A stretch of DNA of 64,000 nucleotides. Source: a virus. Location of the stretch: positions 1 through 64,000 of IMG/VR virus record IMGVR_UViG_3300030419_002087; one strand, given 5' to 3'. The translations under genes and the position numbers were made by a program. Positions 37,988-48,600 of this stretch are shown one piece after another (position 1 is the first letter of the stretch; each line of letters starts with the position of its first letter). Under the pieces are notes generated by a model. That model ran no database searches, had not been told where the DNA came from, and saw only the letters and a list, made by a program, of their open reading frames with translations.

Positions 37988-38233
37988 ATGACTCTTTCAG
38001 AATTAGGATCTTGCTCAAAGTTAGATCTTCTCATCGCCGAAACGCAGGGCAAATGCTGCGTCACCAGATTGAAAACCAGAAAACCCCGTAAGGGTGAACT
38101 GGTTATGAGCATGACCAAAGGGAGCAGGACTAACACGAATCGCAGGGGGCAGGCATACTCCGCCCACGCACTGCGACCCGAAACCAACGTGATCTCCGCC
38201 CCTGCCTCATCGTATTTCAAGACCAGCGGATAA
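37988..38233 (+). CDS. Basic early protein
   Basis: ATG at 37988 downstream of TATAAT; K/R-rich; followed by a hairpin. Confidence 0.55.
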   Translation: MTLSELGSCSKLDLLIAETQGKCCVTRLKTRKPRKGELVMSMTKGSRTNTNRRGQAYSAHALRPETNVISAPASSYFKTSG

Positions 38234-38241
38234 TCACACCT

Positions 38242-38278
38242 TGCCCCTGAGCGCTTCGTGTTCAGGGGCAGTTATTTT
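38242..38278 (+). terminator. Terminator-like hairpin closing the early region
   Basis: TGCCCCTGAGCGC/GTGTTCAGGGGCA stem plus GTTATTTT. Confidence 0.65.
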
Positions 38279-38420
38279 GGGGGTTTATTAAAAATTGTAA
38301 CTTCCCTAACCTACAAAAGTCTGCTTTCGCCATAAAATACAAAACGCATAAGTGTTTTCCGTGGCATACAAAAAATTTTGGTGGCCTAGAAATTTGCCAC
38401 AGGATGTGTTATAATTAGAA

Positions 38421-38609
38421 GTGAAGCCACTCAAAGAATCTATGAGCGACTTAAGGTTCCATGTTTATGGGAGGAAGAACAAGGTTAAAGCAATCAATAT
38501 ATCGCATGAAGAACTGGAAGATCTCATAAAAACACGGAAATTTGATCCGTGTATAGATGAAGTAGTTCCAGTACTTGATGAATACCATAATGAAGATGCG
38601 TCTTATTGA
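38421..38609 (+). CDS. Small hypothetical protein
   Basis: FHVY...EELE...DASY cyanophage-type ORF after TGTTATAAT; start uncertain. Confidence 0.5.
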   Translation: MKPLKESMSDLRFHVYGRKNKVKAINISHEELEDLIKTRKFDPCIDEVVPVLDEYHNEDASY

Positions 38610-38634
38610 CAAAGCCTAAATAAAATGGTATGAT
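38606..38634 (+). promoter_or_regulatory. Composite promoter: sigma70-like with a late CTAAATA in the spacer
   Basis: TTGACA-aagcCTAAATAaaatgg-TATGAT. Confidence 0.65.
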
Positions 38635-38672
38635 TTGATCAACATTACAAACTCACTGAATATTTTTCACTA

Positions 38673-39425
38673 ATGGCAAAAGGATTTAAAGTCCAAGCGG
38701 CGGCTCCCTCCGTACCGAAGGACGACTTCGATTTGGATAGATGTCGAAGCGAAATAAAAGGGAAGAAGATAGTTTTCTGTTTGCCTGGGAGAGGATGCAG
38801 TTATACATTTTTAAAAAACTTTGTACAACTGTGTTTTGATATCGTACAGGCCGGTGGAAGCATACAGATATCACAAGATTATTCATCTATGGTAAACTTT
38901 GCAAGATGCAAAGTACTAGGTGCAAATGTACTCAGAGGAAAGAATCAAATACCTTGGGACGGGAAATTAGAATATGATTATCAGTTATGGATAGACAATG
39001 ATATAGTTTTCAATAGTGAAAGTTTCTATCGTTTATTCCAGTTAGCTTTAGAGAAAGAAATCGCAGCAGGGTGGTATGCCACTGAAGATGGACAGACCAC
39101 TTCCATTGCACACTGGCTCGAAGAAGAAGACTTCAAGAAGAATAAAGGGGTCATGAACCACGAGACTGTGGAGACAATGAGTAAGAGACGTAAACCATTC
39201 ACATGTGATTACACAGGTTTCGGATGGGTTCTTATCAAGAAGGGAGTATTCGAGAATCTTCCATATCCTTGGTTTGCACCACAAATGCAAGTCTTCGAGA
39301 GTGGTGATGTACAGGACATGTGTGGTGAGGATGTCAGCTTCTGCTTAGATGCAAAGAAGGAAGGTTATGAGATATGGTGTGATCCGAGAATCCGTGTAGG
39401 CCATGAAAAGATGCGAATCCTTTGA
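38673..39425 (+). CDS. GT-A fold (GT2-like) glycosyltransferase, conserved in cyanomyoviruses
   Basis: LWIDND (DxD), YTGFGWVLIKKGVFE, GEDVSFC, DPRIRVGHEK. Confidence 0.75.
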   Translation: MAKGFKVQAAAPSVPKDDFDLDRCRSEIKGKKIVFCLPGRGCSYTFLKNFVQLCFDIVQAGGSIQISQDYSSMVNFARCKVLGANVLRGKNQIPWDGKLEYDYQLWIDNDIVFNSESFYRLFQLALEKEIAAGWYATEDGQTTSIAHWLEEEDFKKNKGVMNHETVETMSKRRKPFTCDYTGFGWVLIKKGVFENLPYPWFAPQMQVFESGDVQDMCGEDVSFCLDAKKEGYEIWCDPRIRVGHEKMRIL

Positions 39426-39564
39426 CATTTATGTTGATGATCAGCTCGTTTTCTCGACTGAAGACGAGCTTGAAGCACTTGATAAAATACAAGACCTTTC
39501 CGAAGAATACTTTGAGAAAGGTCATCCAGACCCCTCTACAGTTCAATTAGTACGTTATGGCTAA
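39403..39564 (+). CDS. Small acidic protein (53 aa, not in track)
   Basis: ...EALDKIQDLSEEYFEKGHPDP...; overlaps both neighbours. Confidence 0.5.
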   Translation: MKRCESFDIYVDDQLVFSTEDELEALDKIQDLSEEYFEKGHPDPSTVQLVRYG

Positions 39565-39703
39565 AATTAAATCGTCCCTTACCGGCGGCAACTCGATTGA
39601 GACGATCCCCAAAAAATCTCGGCAAGGAACGGGAAAACACTCGAAGTTCTCGGCAACCTCTCGAAATGCAAGGAAAAAAAGATATCGCGGCCAGGGAAAA
39701 TAA
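39557..39703 (+). CDS. Small basic protein (48 aa, not in track)
   Basis: PKKSRQGTGKHSK..ATSRN..KKRYRGQGK*, a conserved marine phage family. Confidence 0.7.
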   Translation: MAKIKSSLTGGNSIETIPKKSRQGTGKHSKFSATSRNARKKRYRGQGK

Positions 39704-39744
39704 TAAAAACGTAAATAAGCTGTTTAGTTTGAAAGTACACTAAG

Positions 39745-40035
39745 ATGAGCTACAACGTTACCCTTATTACCGAAGAAGGTGAAGTTCAAATAACTTGTGA
39801 TGATGACACTCCAATTTTGGATGCTGCTGAAGATCAAGGTGTTGATGCTCCCTATTCATGTCGTGCAGGTGCATGTTCCACATGTGCAGGTAAACTACTA
39901 GAAGGTACAGTCGATCAAGAAGATCAAAGTTTCCTTGATGATGATCAGATTGAAGAAGGTTATATCCTTACATGTGTTGCAAAACCCACTTCCGACTGTA
40001 TTGTTGAGTTGAATCAAGAAGAAAAACTATATTAA
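39745..40035 (+). CDS. petF: Plant-type [2Fe-2S] ferredoxin (auxiliary metabolic gene)
   Basis: [14 protein letters not shown]...DQSFLDDDQ...LTCVA.P.SD. Confidence 0.96.
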   Translation: MSYNVTLITEEGEVQITCDDDTPILDAAEDQGVDAPYSCRAGACSTCAGKLLEGTVDQEDQSFLDDDQIEEGYILTCVAKPTSDCIVELNQEEKLY

Positions 40036-40049
40036 TAGTTGAGTTTGTG

Positions 40050-40071
40050 AGGGAGTCCTAGACTCCCTTTT
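40050..40071 (+). terminator. Intrinsic terminator
   Basis: AGGGAGTC-CTA-GACTCCCT plus TTT. Confidence 0.7.
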
Positions 40072-40084
40072 ATAATTTTTAACC

Positions 40085-40381
40085 ATGTATCAAGCATTAC
40101 CAACTGGACTCCATATAAAAGATAGTCCTATCGCAGGCCAAGGTATTTTCGCCAAAGAAGATATGCCTGCTGACCTAGAATTAGGTGTATCTCATGTAGT
40201 TGTGGATGATGATATAATGAGAACTCCTATAGGTGGTTTTGTTAACCATAGTGATGACCCTAATTGTGTTAAGTATCCTATCGAACAGGATTGGGGTGTA
40301 ATTTATCACATGAAAACGATTAAACCTATAAAAAAAGGTGAAGAATTGTTCCTAAAATATACTTTTTACTCAGTAGTATAA
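40085..40381 (+). CDS. Minimal SET-domain lysine methyltransferase
   Basis: S.I.G.GIFA, GFVNHS..PN, IKKGEELFLKY. Confidence 0.85.
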   Translation: MYQALPTGLHIKDSPIAGQGIFAKEDMPADLELGVSHVVVDDDIMRTPIGGFVNHSDDPNCVKYPIEQDWGVIYHMKTIKPIKKGEELFLKYTFYSVV

Positions 40382-40384
40382 ATA
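40377..40384 (+). promoter_or_regulatory. T4 late promoter TATAAATA
   Basis: Exact consensus upstream of gp25. Confidence 0.75.
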
Positions 40385-40409
40385 TATAAGACCAAATTAT
40401 GTCATTTAG

Positions 40410-40814
40410 ATGCCAACCATTGGACAATCACGCTATTTTAAGGATATTTCCTTAAGTTTTAAGCGGCATCCAGTTACTAATGACCTACTTTCGTTAACAA
40501 ACGAAGCAGCAATTAAGAAATCAGTTAGAAATTTAGTTGAAACCATCAATGGTGAACGCTTTTTTAACTCTTTGATTGGTTCGGCGGTTCGTGAAAGTCT
40601 GTTTGAACAGGCTGATACTGAAGTTTTATTCAGATTAGAGCAAGAAATACGAACTTCCATTGAAAATTTTGAACAACGAGTGAATTTGACATCGGTTAAT
40701 GCTAAGCATCCTCCCGATACCAATGAAATTCAGATAGATATTAATTATACAATTATTGGCGAAGTCTTTCCGCCTCAAGAAATATCGTTCATTCTTCAAC
40801 CAACTAGACAATAA
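40410..40814 (+). CDS. gp25: Baseplate wedge subunit gp25
   Basis: FKDISLSF..HP.T.D...NE.AIK.SVRNLV.T..GERFF...G...LFE...I.NFE.RV; precedes gp6. Confidence 0.92.
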   Translation: MPTIGQSRYFKDISLSFKRHPVTNDLLSLTNEAAIKKSVRNLVETINGERFFNSLIGSAVRESLFEQADTEVLFRLEQEIRTSIENFEQRVNLTSVNAKHPPDTNEIQIDINYTIIGEVFPPQEISFILQPTRQ

Positions 40815-42697
40815 TGGCGTTAACTCAATATACTACTCTAGATTTTGAAGAAATTAAGGGTTCTATACGTGATTATTTGAGATCTAACTCAAATTTTACG
40901 GATTTTGACTTTGAAGGGTCAAATATGTCGATATTAATCGACACTTTAGCGTATAACACCTATGTTAATTCATATAATACTAACATGGTCGCTAACGAGG
41001 CCTTCCTCGATAGTGCTACTTTAAGGGAAAATATCGTTGCTTTAGCGAGAAATATTGGTTATGTACCCAAATCTCGTACATCGGCTACTGCTCAAATCAA
41101 TTTTAACGTAGATTTAGGTGCAGGAGCTACTAAATCAGCTCTTACTTTAAAGGCCGGACTAGTTGCAATAGGTGATTTTCAGAATTCTAACTATACTTTT
41201 TGTCTGCCAGAGGATGTTACTAACCCAGTTGTTAATGGAATATGTCAATTTACAGTAAATGTTAAGGAAGGTAACTTTTTATCGAAACAATTTGTTGTAG
41301 ATACCTCTCAACCTAACCAAAGATTCATTATTCCTAACTCATATGTTGATACATCTACTATTGTAGTCAAAGTTAGGAAGTCAACGACTGCCACAACGAA
41401 GAGAGTATGGAATTTAGTTGATAATATTGTTGGAGTTTCTACAATTACAGAGAATTATTTGATTCAAGAGGTTCAAGACGAACGTTATGAGTTACTTTTC
41501 GGTGATGGTAAGTTTGGTAAGAAATTAGATAACGGAAATGTCGTTGAAGTATCATATATTACATCAAATGGTGCAGATGGTAACGGTGTAAGTAATTTTG
41601 CTTTCGCTGGAACCATAAAAAATAATGATGGAGGGGATGTTGTAACAGGTATTTCCAATATTATTACGAATCAGAACTCTGCTAATGGTGCCGCAATAGA
41701 ATCTGTATCGACTATCAAGAATTTAGCACCAAGATACTATGCCGCACAGTATCGTGCTGTTACGGCCTCTGATTATGAAGCATTAATACCAACAATTTAC
41801 CCAAATATTGAAAGTGTAACTGCTTATGGAGGTGAATCTTCAAATCCACCTCAATTTGGTAAGGTTTTTATATCAGTAAAACCAAATAATGCACAATTTA
41901 TCTCTGATTTTGATAAAAGAACCATATTAGACAAGTTAAAAGGGTATTCTGTTGCTGGTATTAAACCAGAATTCATCGATCTTAAGTACCTTTACGTTGA
42001 ACTTGATAGTACTGTCTACTATAACGCTAATGCTATTGACAGTCCATCAACAATTAAGACCGAAGTTACAAGTACTTTATCCGAATATGCTAAATCTGAT
42101 GATTTAAACAAGTTTGGAGGTAGATTTAAGTACTCTAAGGTACTAAAAATCATTGATGACACCAGTATTGCTATTACTTCTAATATTACAAAGGTAAAAT
42201 TAAGGAGAGATCTTGAGGTAGAGACTAAAAATCCTGCTCAATATGAACTTTGTTATGGAAATGCTTTCCATAATAAGAGATCTGGTTATAACATTAAATC
42301 TAGTGGATTTAATATCGATGGAGTTGATGGTCTTGTCTACATGGCCGATGCTTATGTTTCTGAAACTAGAGGAAGATTATTCTTCTTTACAATTGGTCTA
42401 GATCAGGAACCATCTATCGTTAAAACCAACGCTGGCACAGTTAAATATGACGAGGGTGAAGTGCTTATAGATACAGTACGGATTTTATCAACTCAGAAAA
42501 CATTGAATGTTATTCAGATTGAAGCAATCCCAGATTCTAATGACGTTTTAGGGTTAAAAGACCTTTATGTACAGTTATCATTAGATTCATCCAAGATTAC
42601 ACCACTAGTTGATGTTGTATCATCTGGTGCAGATACTTCTGGTACTACATTCACTTCAACTTCTAGCTTCGTTAACGGCAAATACATTAGAGAATAA
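40814..42697 (+). CDS. gp6: Baseplate wedge subunit gp6
   Basis: LDFEEIK...FTDFDFEGS.MS.LID.LAYNT, NEAFLDSATLRE, FGDG..GK, Q.RAVTA.DY. Confidence 0.95.
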   Translation: MALTQYTTLDFEEIKGSIRDYLRSNSNFTDFDFEGSNMSILIDTLAYNTYVNSYNTNMVANEAFLDSATLRENIVALARNIGYVPKSRTSATAQINFNVDLGAGATKSALTLKAGLVAIGDFQNSNYTFCLPEDVTNPVVNGICQFTVNVKEGNFLSKQFVVDTSQPNQRFIIPNSYVDTSTIVVKVRKSTTATTKRVWNLVDNIVGVSTITENYLIQEVQDERYELLFGDGKFGKKLDNGNVVEVSYITSNGADGNGVSNFAFAGTIKNNDGGDVVTGISNIITNQNSANGAAIESVSTIKNLAPRYYAAQYRAVTASDYEALIPTIYPNIESVTAYGGESSNPPQFGKVFISVKPNNAQFISDFDKRTILDKLKGYSVAGIKPEFIDLKYLYVELDSTVYYNANAIDSPSTIKTEVTSTLSEYAKSDDLNKFGGRFKYSKVLKIIDDTSIAITSNITKVKLRRDLEVETKNPAQYELCYGNAFHNKRSGYNIKSSGFNIDGVDGLVYMADAYVSETRGRLFFFTIGLDQEPSIVKTNAGTVKYDEGEVLIDTVRILSTQKTLNVIQIEAIPDSNDVLGLKDLYVQLSLDSSKITPLVDVVSSGADTSGTTFTSTSSFVNGKYIRE

Positions 42698-45600
42698 TGA
42701 TCGATACCACTTCTCAGAAGGTTAAAGTCAATCAGGTAATCTTTAGCCAGATACCTTCTTTCGTTCAAGAAGAAAATCCTCTTTTTGTTGAATTTCTGAA
42801 GTCTTACTATCAAGGCCAAGAATATCAAGGTGGATCGATTGACATTATTCAGAACTTAAATGAGTATCAAAAGGTAGAAACGTATAGTAATAATGATAGT
42901 CTTATAGGGTTTACTACATGTAGTGGAGCCGTTACTTTTTATGATTCAACCATAAATGTAGTGTCAACAGATGGTTGGCCCGACACATATGGATTGTTGA
43001 GAATTAATGATGAGGTAATTTCATATACTGGTAAGACAAAGACCTCCTTTACGGGGTGCCTAAGGGGTTTCAGTGGGGTCGAAAACCTTCATACCCCCTC
43101 TAATCCAGAACAACTGGTATTTAAGGATACTAACGCTGCTCAACACAAAGATGAGACGCAAGTAATAAACCTTAGTAACCTATTTTTACAAGAATTTTGG
43201 AAAAAGACTAAAACTCTTTTCCTTCCAGGCTTTGAAGATAGAAAATTAGTTAATGAAGTTGATAAAGCTAATTTCTTACGTCAGGCCAAAGATTTTTATG
43301 CGTCTAAAGGTACAAACGAAGCGGTTTCGATACTTTTCAAGGTCTTATATGGTAAAGATGTTGAAGTTATCAAACCAATTGATTATTTGCTCGCTCCTTC
43401 TGACGCTGATTATGTAATAACTGAAGATATTGTTGCAGAATTGATAAGTGGTGATGCACTTAAGACGATTGGACAAGTAATAAAACAGACTGGTGATGAT
43501 TATTCAGAGGCATCAATCTTTAATATAAGATATTTGCCTAAAAATGGAAAAGACTACTATGTAATCAGTCTCAGTAAGAGTACTGCTAAAGGTGAGTTCT
43601 CAATTACTGGAGGAACTGCTCTTACTAACAACATTGGGGTTGGTGCAACAGTTTTAACAGTTGATTCTACTCTTGGATTTCCAAATATAGGAGATTTCTA
43701 TGTTGGTGCAGGTATTACTGTAGGTATTGCAACATATACTAGTAGATCATCTACACAGTTCTTCGGTGTTAGTGGTATATCGTCGGCCTACCAACAAGGA
43801 TCCACTGTACGGTCTTCTAACACGCTTGTTTCCTATGAAGAGGGTGATCTTAAGAAACCCGTCATTTTCAGGATGACGGCGGTTGCCAATAACGCTGATT
43901 TGGGTAATGTTGGGTTCTTATATCCTGGCGATATTCTTAGGGCCAAGAATCTTGGTAATTTTACAAAATCAACCAACCAAAGATTGAATAGTTGGATTCA
44001 TAATGTTAAAACTACATCAAATGTATCAAAGGATATCTATACAAATACATCAAATATTAATGTAGGAACAAATGAAATTAATACAACTGATCCACATCTG
44101 TTAAGACTTGGAGATCCTATTACTGTAATGGATCTCACCTCTAATACACCACAAAATGTAGAGGGAACCGTATCTCAGATTGTTGATAACAATACATTTC
44201 AGATTAACATCACATCTGGTACATTAAGTGTCAATAGAACCTATAAAGTAAGAAATAACACCATATTTGCGAATAGTAATGATCCTAAGTTAGGAGTTAG
44301 TGAATTTGTTGCTAACGTCCAGAATACCTATAGTGACGATGGAGAGAAAAATAGTTATGTGGCTAGTGGATCACTACCAGCGTACACAATCTACGCAACA
44401 GAGAGGATAAAGGCGTTCACTGGCGCTAATGTAGGCGATAATGAGATAACCATCAATAATCATGGATTCTTTACAGGAGATCTTATAAAGTATAGACCAA
44501 CTGGGGTTGGAAGAACTACATTAGTTGGATTGGCTACAGATGCTAACTATGCAGTAACTAAAATTGATAATAATACGGTAAAACTATCACAAAGTATTGG
44601 TGATGCGGCTGTAAAGAGATTTTTAGATATTAACAGTGGTAGTTTACCAGCATTAACACATGAACTCGTTCCATATGAATTATCTGGAAAGAGTGTTGAA
44701 CATCAAAGATTCCTTAGAAAGATTCCAACAGAAGTATCTCTTAATGAGTTTAATAAGGAGTTAAAAAATGAACCCGTCGGTATGTTCCGTAACGGTGTTG
44801 AGGTAATGTCCAATAGATCTGGTGATTATATCAGATATGGAACAGTAAGGACTATTGAAGTCCAAAATGGTGGTAAGGAGTATGATGTAGCTTATCCACC
44901 TAATATCAACATTACAGATACCGTTGGTACTGGTGCAACTGCATATGCTATTGTAGAAAATGGTAAAGTTGAAAGAATTGATATTCTTTCTGGTGGATAT
45001 GACTTAAGAGATGTTCCAAAAATAACAATTGAAGGTGCAAATGGTGTTGGTGCGGCCGCTGTTGGTAGACTTAGAAGAGTTCAGACTGTTAGGGGATTTA
45101 GCCCAGACTTGAATGTTAATTTAACTACTGATACAATTACTTTAGATGATAGACACTTATTTGACAATGGAGAATCGGTTTATTATAGAAAGGGTGTAGG
45201 ATATGCAGCTATTGGAGGTTTGGTTGATAACTCCTTATATTATCTCCATACTCCAAGTGAAACCCAAGTTCAGTTTATGGCAACTTATGATGATGCCGTT
45301 TCTGGAATCAATACTATCAATCTTACCAGTAAATCTGCTGGTAGTAATACATTAACATCTACAAAATTCAGAAATATTCTGGATAGTGTTGTTATTACCA
45401 ATCAAGGATCTGGTTATTCTAATAGAAGAAACGTAGTTAATAATACATTATATCCACCTATTAGTTACCTATCGGAAGGAGAAGTTAATTCTGGTATTAA
45501 TACAGCTAATCATTACATATATTTCAAAGATCATGGATTTAATCATGGTGATTTAATTGAATATGATTCAACTGGCCCAATATCAGGTCTATCTACTGAT

Positions 45601-48600
45601 CAGAACTATTATGTTATAAAATTAGATGAAAGTAAATTCAGACTCAGTTCAGCTGGTATTGGTACTACTTTAACTGATGTAAATTATGTTAAGGATGATT
45701 ATGTTGAATTTGGTAATATTGGTAGTGCAAATCATACTTTCAAATACCCTGATCTTCATATTGGAGTTGAGGCCATTTCTGGTGTTGCAAATACAACATA
45801 TTCAACACCAAAATTAAGACCAGTTTGTTTAGGTGAACTTATTCAATGTCCTATAACTTCTAGTGGTACTGGATATGGCGTTACTGATTGTATTAATGTC
45901 CATAGAAGACCAGATGTAACCATATCTAATGGATCTAGGGGTCTTATTGATGTTGTTATTGCTGATGGAGAAATTGTACAGGCCTTTATTAAATCAGGTG
46001 GTGGTGGTTATGCGACTCCACCTAAACTTGAGGTTAGGGGTGATGGTCAATTCGCAAAATTAGTTGCTAATACAACTGATGGTGTTATTACTTCTGTTAC
46101 TATTGTAAGTACAGGTAAAGGTTATACTTCAAAGAATACAACTGTTGCAGTAATTCCTTCTGGTTCTGGTGCAAAATTAGTTGGAAATGTTCAAAAATGG
46201 GATATATCATTCCTTGCTAAGTATAGAGGAAATATATCCGAGAATGATGATGGAGTTATTATTCCAAGTCAGGGTGATTATGGTTTAAAATATGTTCATG
46301 CTTATGCATCAAGAAAATTAAGACAAGTATTAGATGATAATATCGAAAATGATTTCTCAGAGAAGTCTAGTGTATCTCATTCACCCATTTTAGGATGGGC
46401 CTATGATGGTTCTCCAATATACGGGCCATATGGTTTTGGAACACCTACTGGTGGTCTAGTAAGACGTATGATTTCTGGATATACCAAGGTAACTAGGAGT
46501 AATAGACCTCCTGTATTAGAGTTCCCAACAGGTACGTTCATTAATGACTATGTTTATACTGCAACTGGTGATTTAGATCAATATAATGGTAGATTTTGTA
46601 AAACACCAGAATTCCCTAATGGAATCTATGCATATTTTGCTACTATTGAGGCAACAAATAGTTCAGATGCACCATTTGTTAATACTAGAGAGCCTGAATT
46701 CCCTTACATAATCGGTGGTTACAAGTATAAGAGAGAAGATTTCAACGTTGATCCAAGTTCTATTCAGACTTTAGATCTTCTTAATAGTGGTGACTTAGTT
46801 AGAAACACATATTATTATAAGTTTGGTTCTTCTAGTTCTGAATACGATTATTTGACCAGAAATCAATTAGAAGATACAGAATTAATTGTTAGATCAACCC
46901 AAAAAGCCGGAATTAGTACTGTTAATGTTATTATTCCAGGCCAAAGTTATAAAGTAGGTGATAGAATCACATTTAACAATTTGAATTCTGGTGGTTCTGG
47001 TGCTAGTGCTAAAGTTAAAACTTTGGTTGGTAAAGGATTATCTACTTTAACTTATGAGAGATTAGTTGTACCTAATGTAAAATTCAGATATGAAAATGAT
47101 GTTGTTGTGGGTGTTGCAACAACAGCACATAATTTGAATGATAAAGATTTAGTTGTTGTAGGTGGAATTGGTACAGGTGAACTAAATTTCATACAGGGAG
47201 CTTATAAGATTGGTGTTTCTTCTGTTGTTGTTAAGACTGATGAGTTCTTAGGATATGCTTCTACTACTGGAATAACAACATTTGTTACTCTTAATACTTC
47301 TGGTGCTGATGAGACTATAGAAGTTGATGATATTCTTGGTATTGGTACAGAAAGGGTAACTGTTCTTGATGTAAATGAGACTACTAATAAGTACAGAATA
47401 CTTAGAGATTTTGGTATATGGCCAAATTCAAGTCATCCAGCTGGAACAAAGGTTCATGTTGATCAAAGAAGATTTACTTATGATGTTGGGATTAAAACTG
47501 ATTTAACAACTAGGAAGAATAGAAAGATTGTTTTTGATCCTTTTGGATCTATAGGTATAGGAACTACTGTTCAGGTTGTAAGTGTAACTGGTATTGGAAC
47601 TACTACTAGAGTTGTTGTTAAGGCATCTGATGAATCTGTTCTTTTTGATCATGCAATTCCACCAGAAGGATCTAGTGCTGATAATTCAATAACTTTATTA
47701 GAACATGGATTTGTTACAGGTCAGAAATTAAAATACAATAAGGGAAGTGTTGGTAATGGATTAACATGTTCCAATAGTGTAGCCTTAACAGGTTTATTAA
47801 CACTTCAGGATGGCCAGACTGTTTATGCTGTTAGAAAATCACCAAATCTTCTTGGTATAACCACTACTATTGCAGGTATTGGTACTACAACAGGATCGTT
47901 ATATTTTGCATTTGGTGGTAGTATTGGTAAGGATCATTCATTCACTACTACAGAAAAAGAATATATTGGTCATATTGAAAGATTTGATGTAAATGCAAAA
48001 ACATCATCTGATCACACTCTACAGACTGGTAATGAAGTCAAGATTAGTATTCTTCCATCACAAACCACAACTACTCTTATTGAGTATGATACTCTAGCTA
48101 GAAAGACTATTGTAGATCCATATTATGTTGGTTCTGCGACTACATTTGTTGGTGTTGGTGCTTCTGATTCACTTATAACGATTACGGATCATGGATGGGA
48201 TGCTGGTGATAAAGTTCTTTATAAATCTGGTTCAAATGTTATTGCCCCATTAGTAGATCGTGGAGAATATTTTGTTCAAAAGATAAATGATAATCAATTT
48301 AGATTAACAACTAACTATACGGATGCAACTAACTATGGTGGTGAATTTATTGGAATTACTACCTTTGGATCTGGAATTCATAAATTCTCTAGAATTAATC
48401 CACATCTTCTAGGAACTAGAGGATCAACAATAGGATTTGCTGTTTCTGATCCCACCTTAACTGATTTAAGATTAGAGTTTTATGAAGATGAGAACTTTGT
48501 AACTAGATTTGAAGGTGTTGGTATATCAACTGAACTGGTTAGAAGTGGTACTCCAGGCCAAGCTGGTTCATTGGTTAATTTAAAACTTACCGATAATGTT

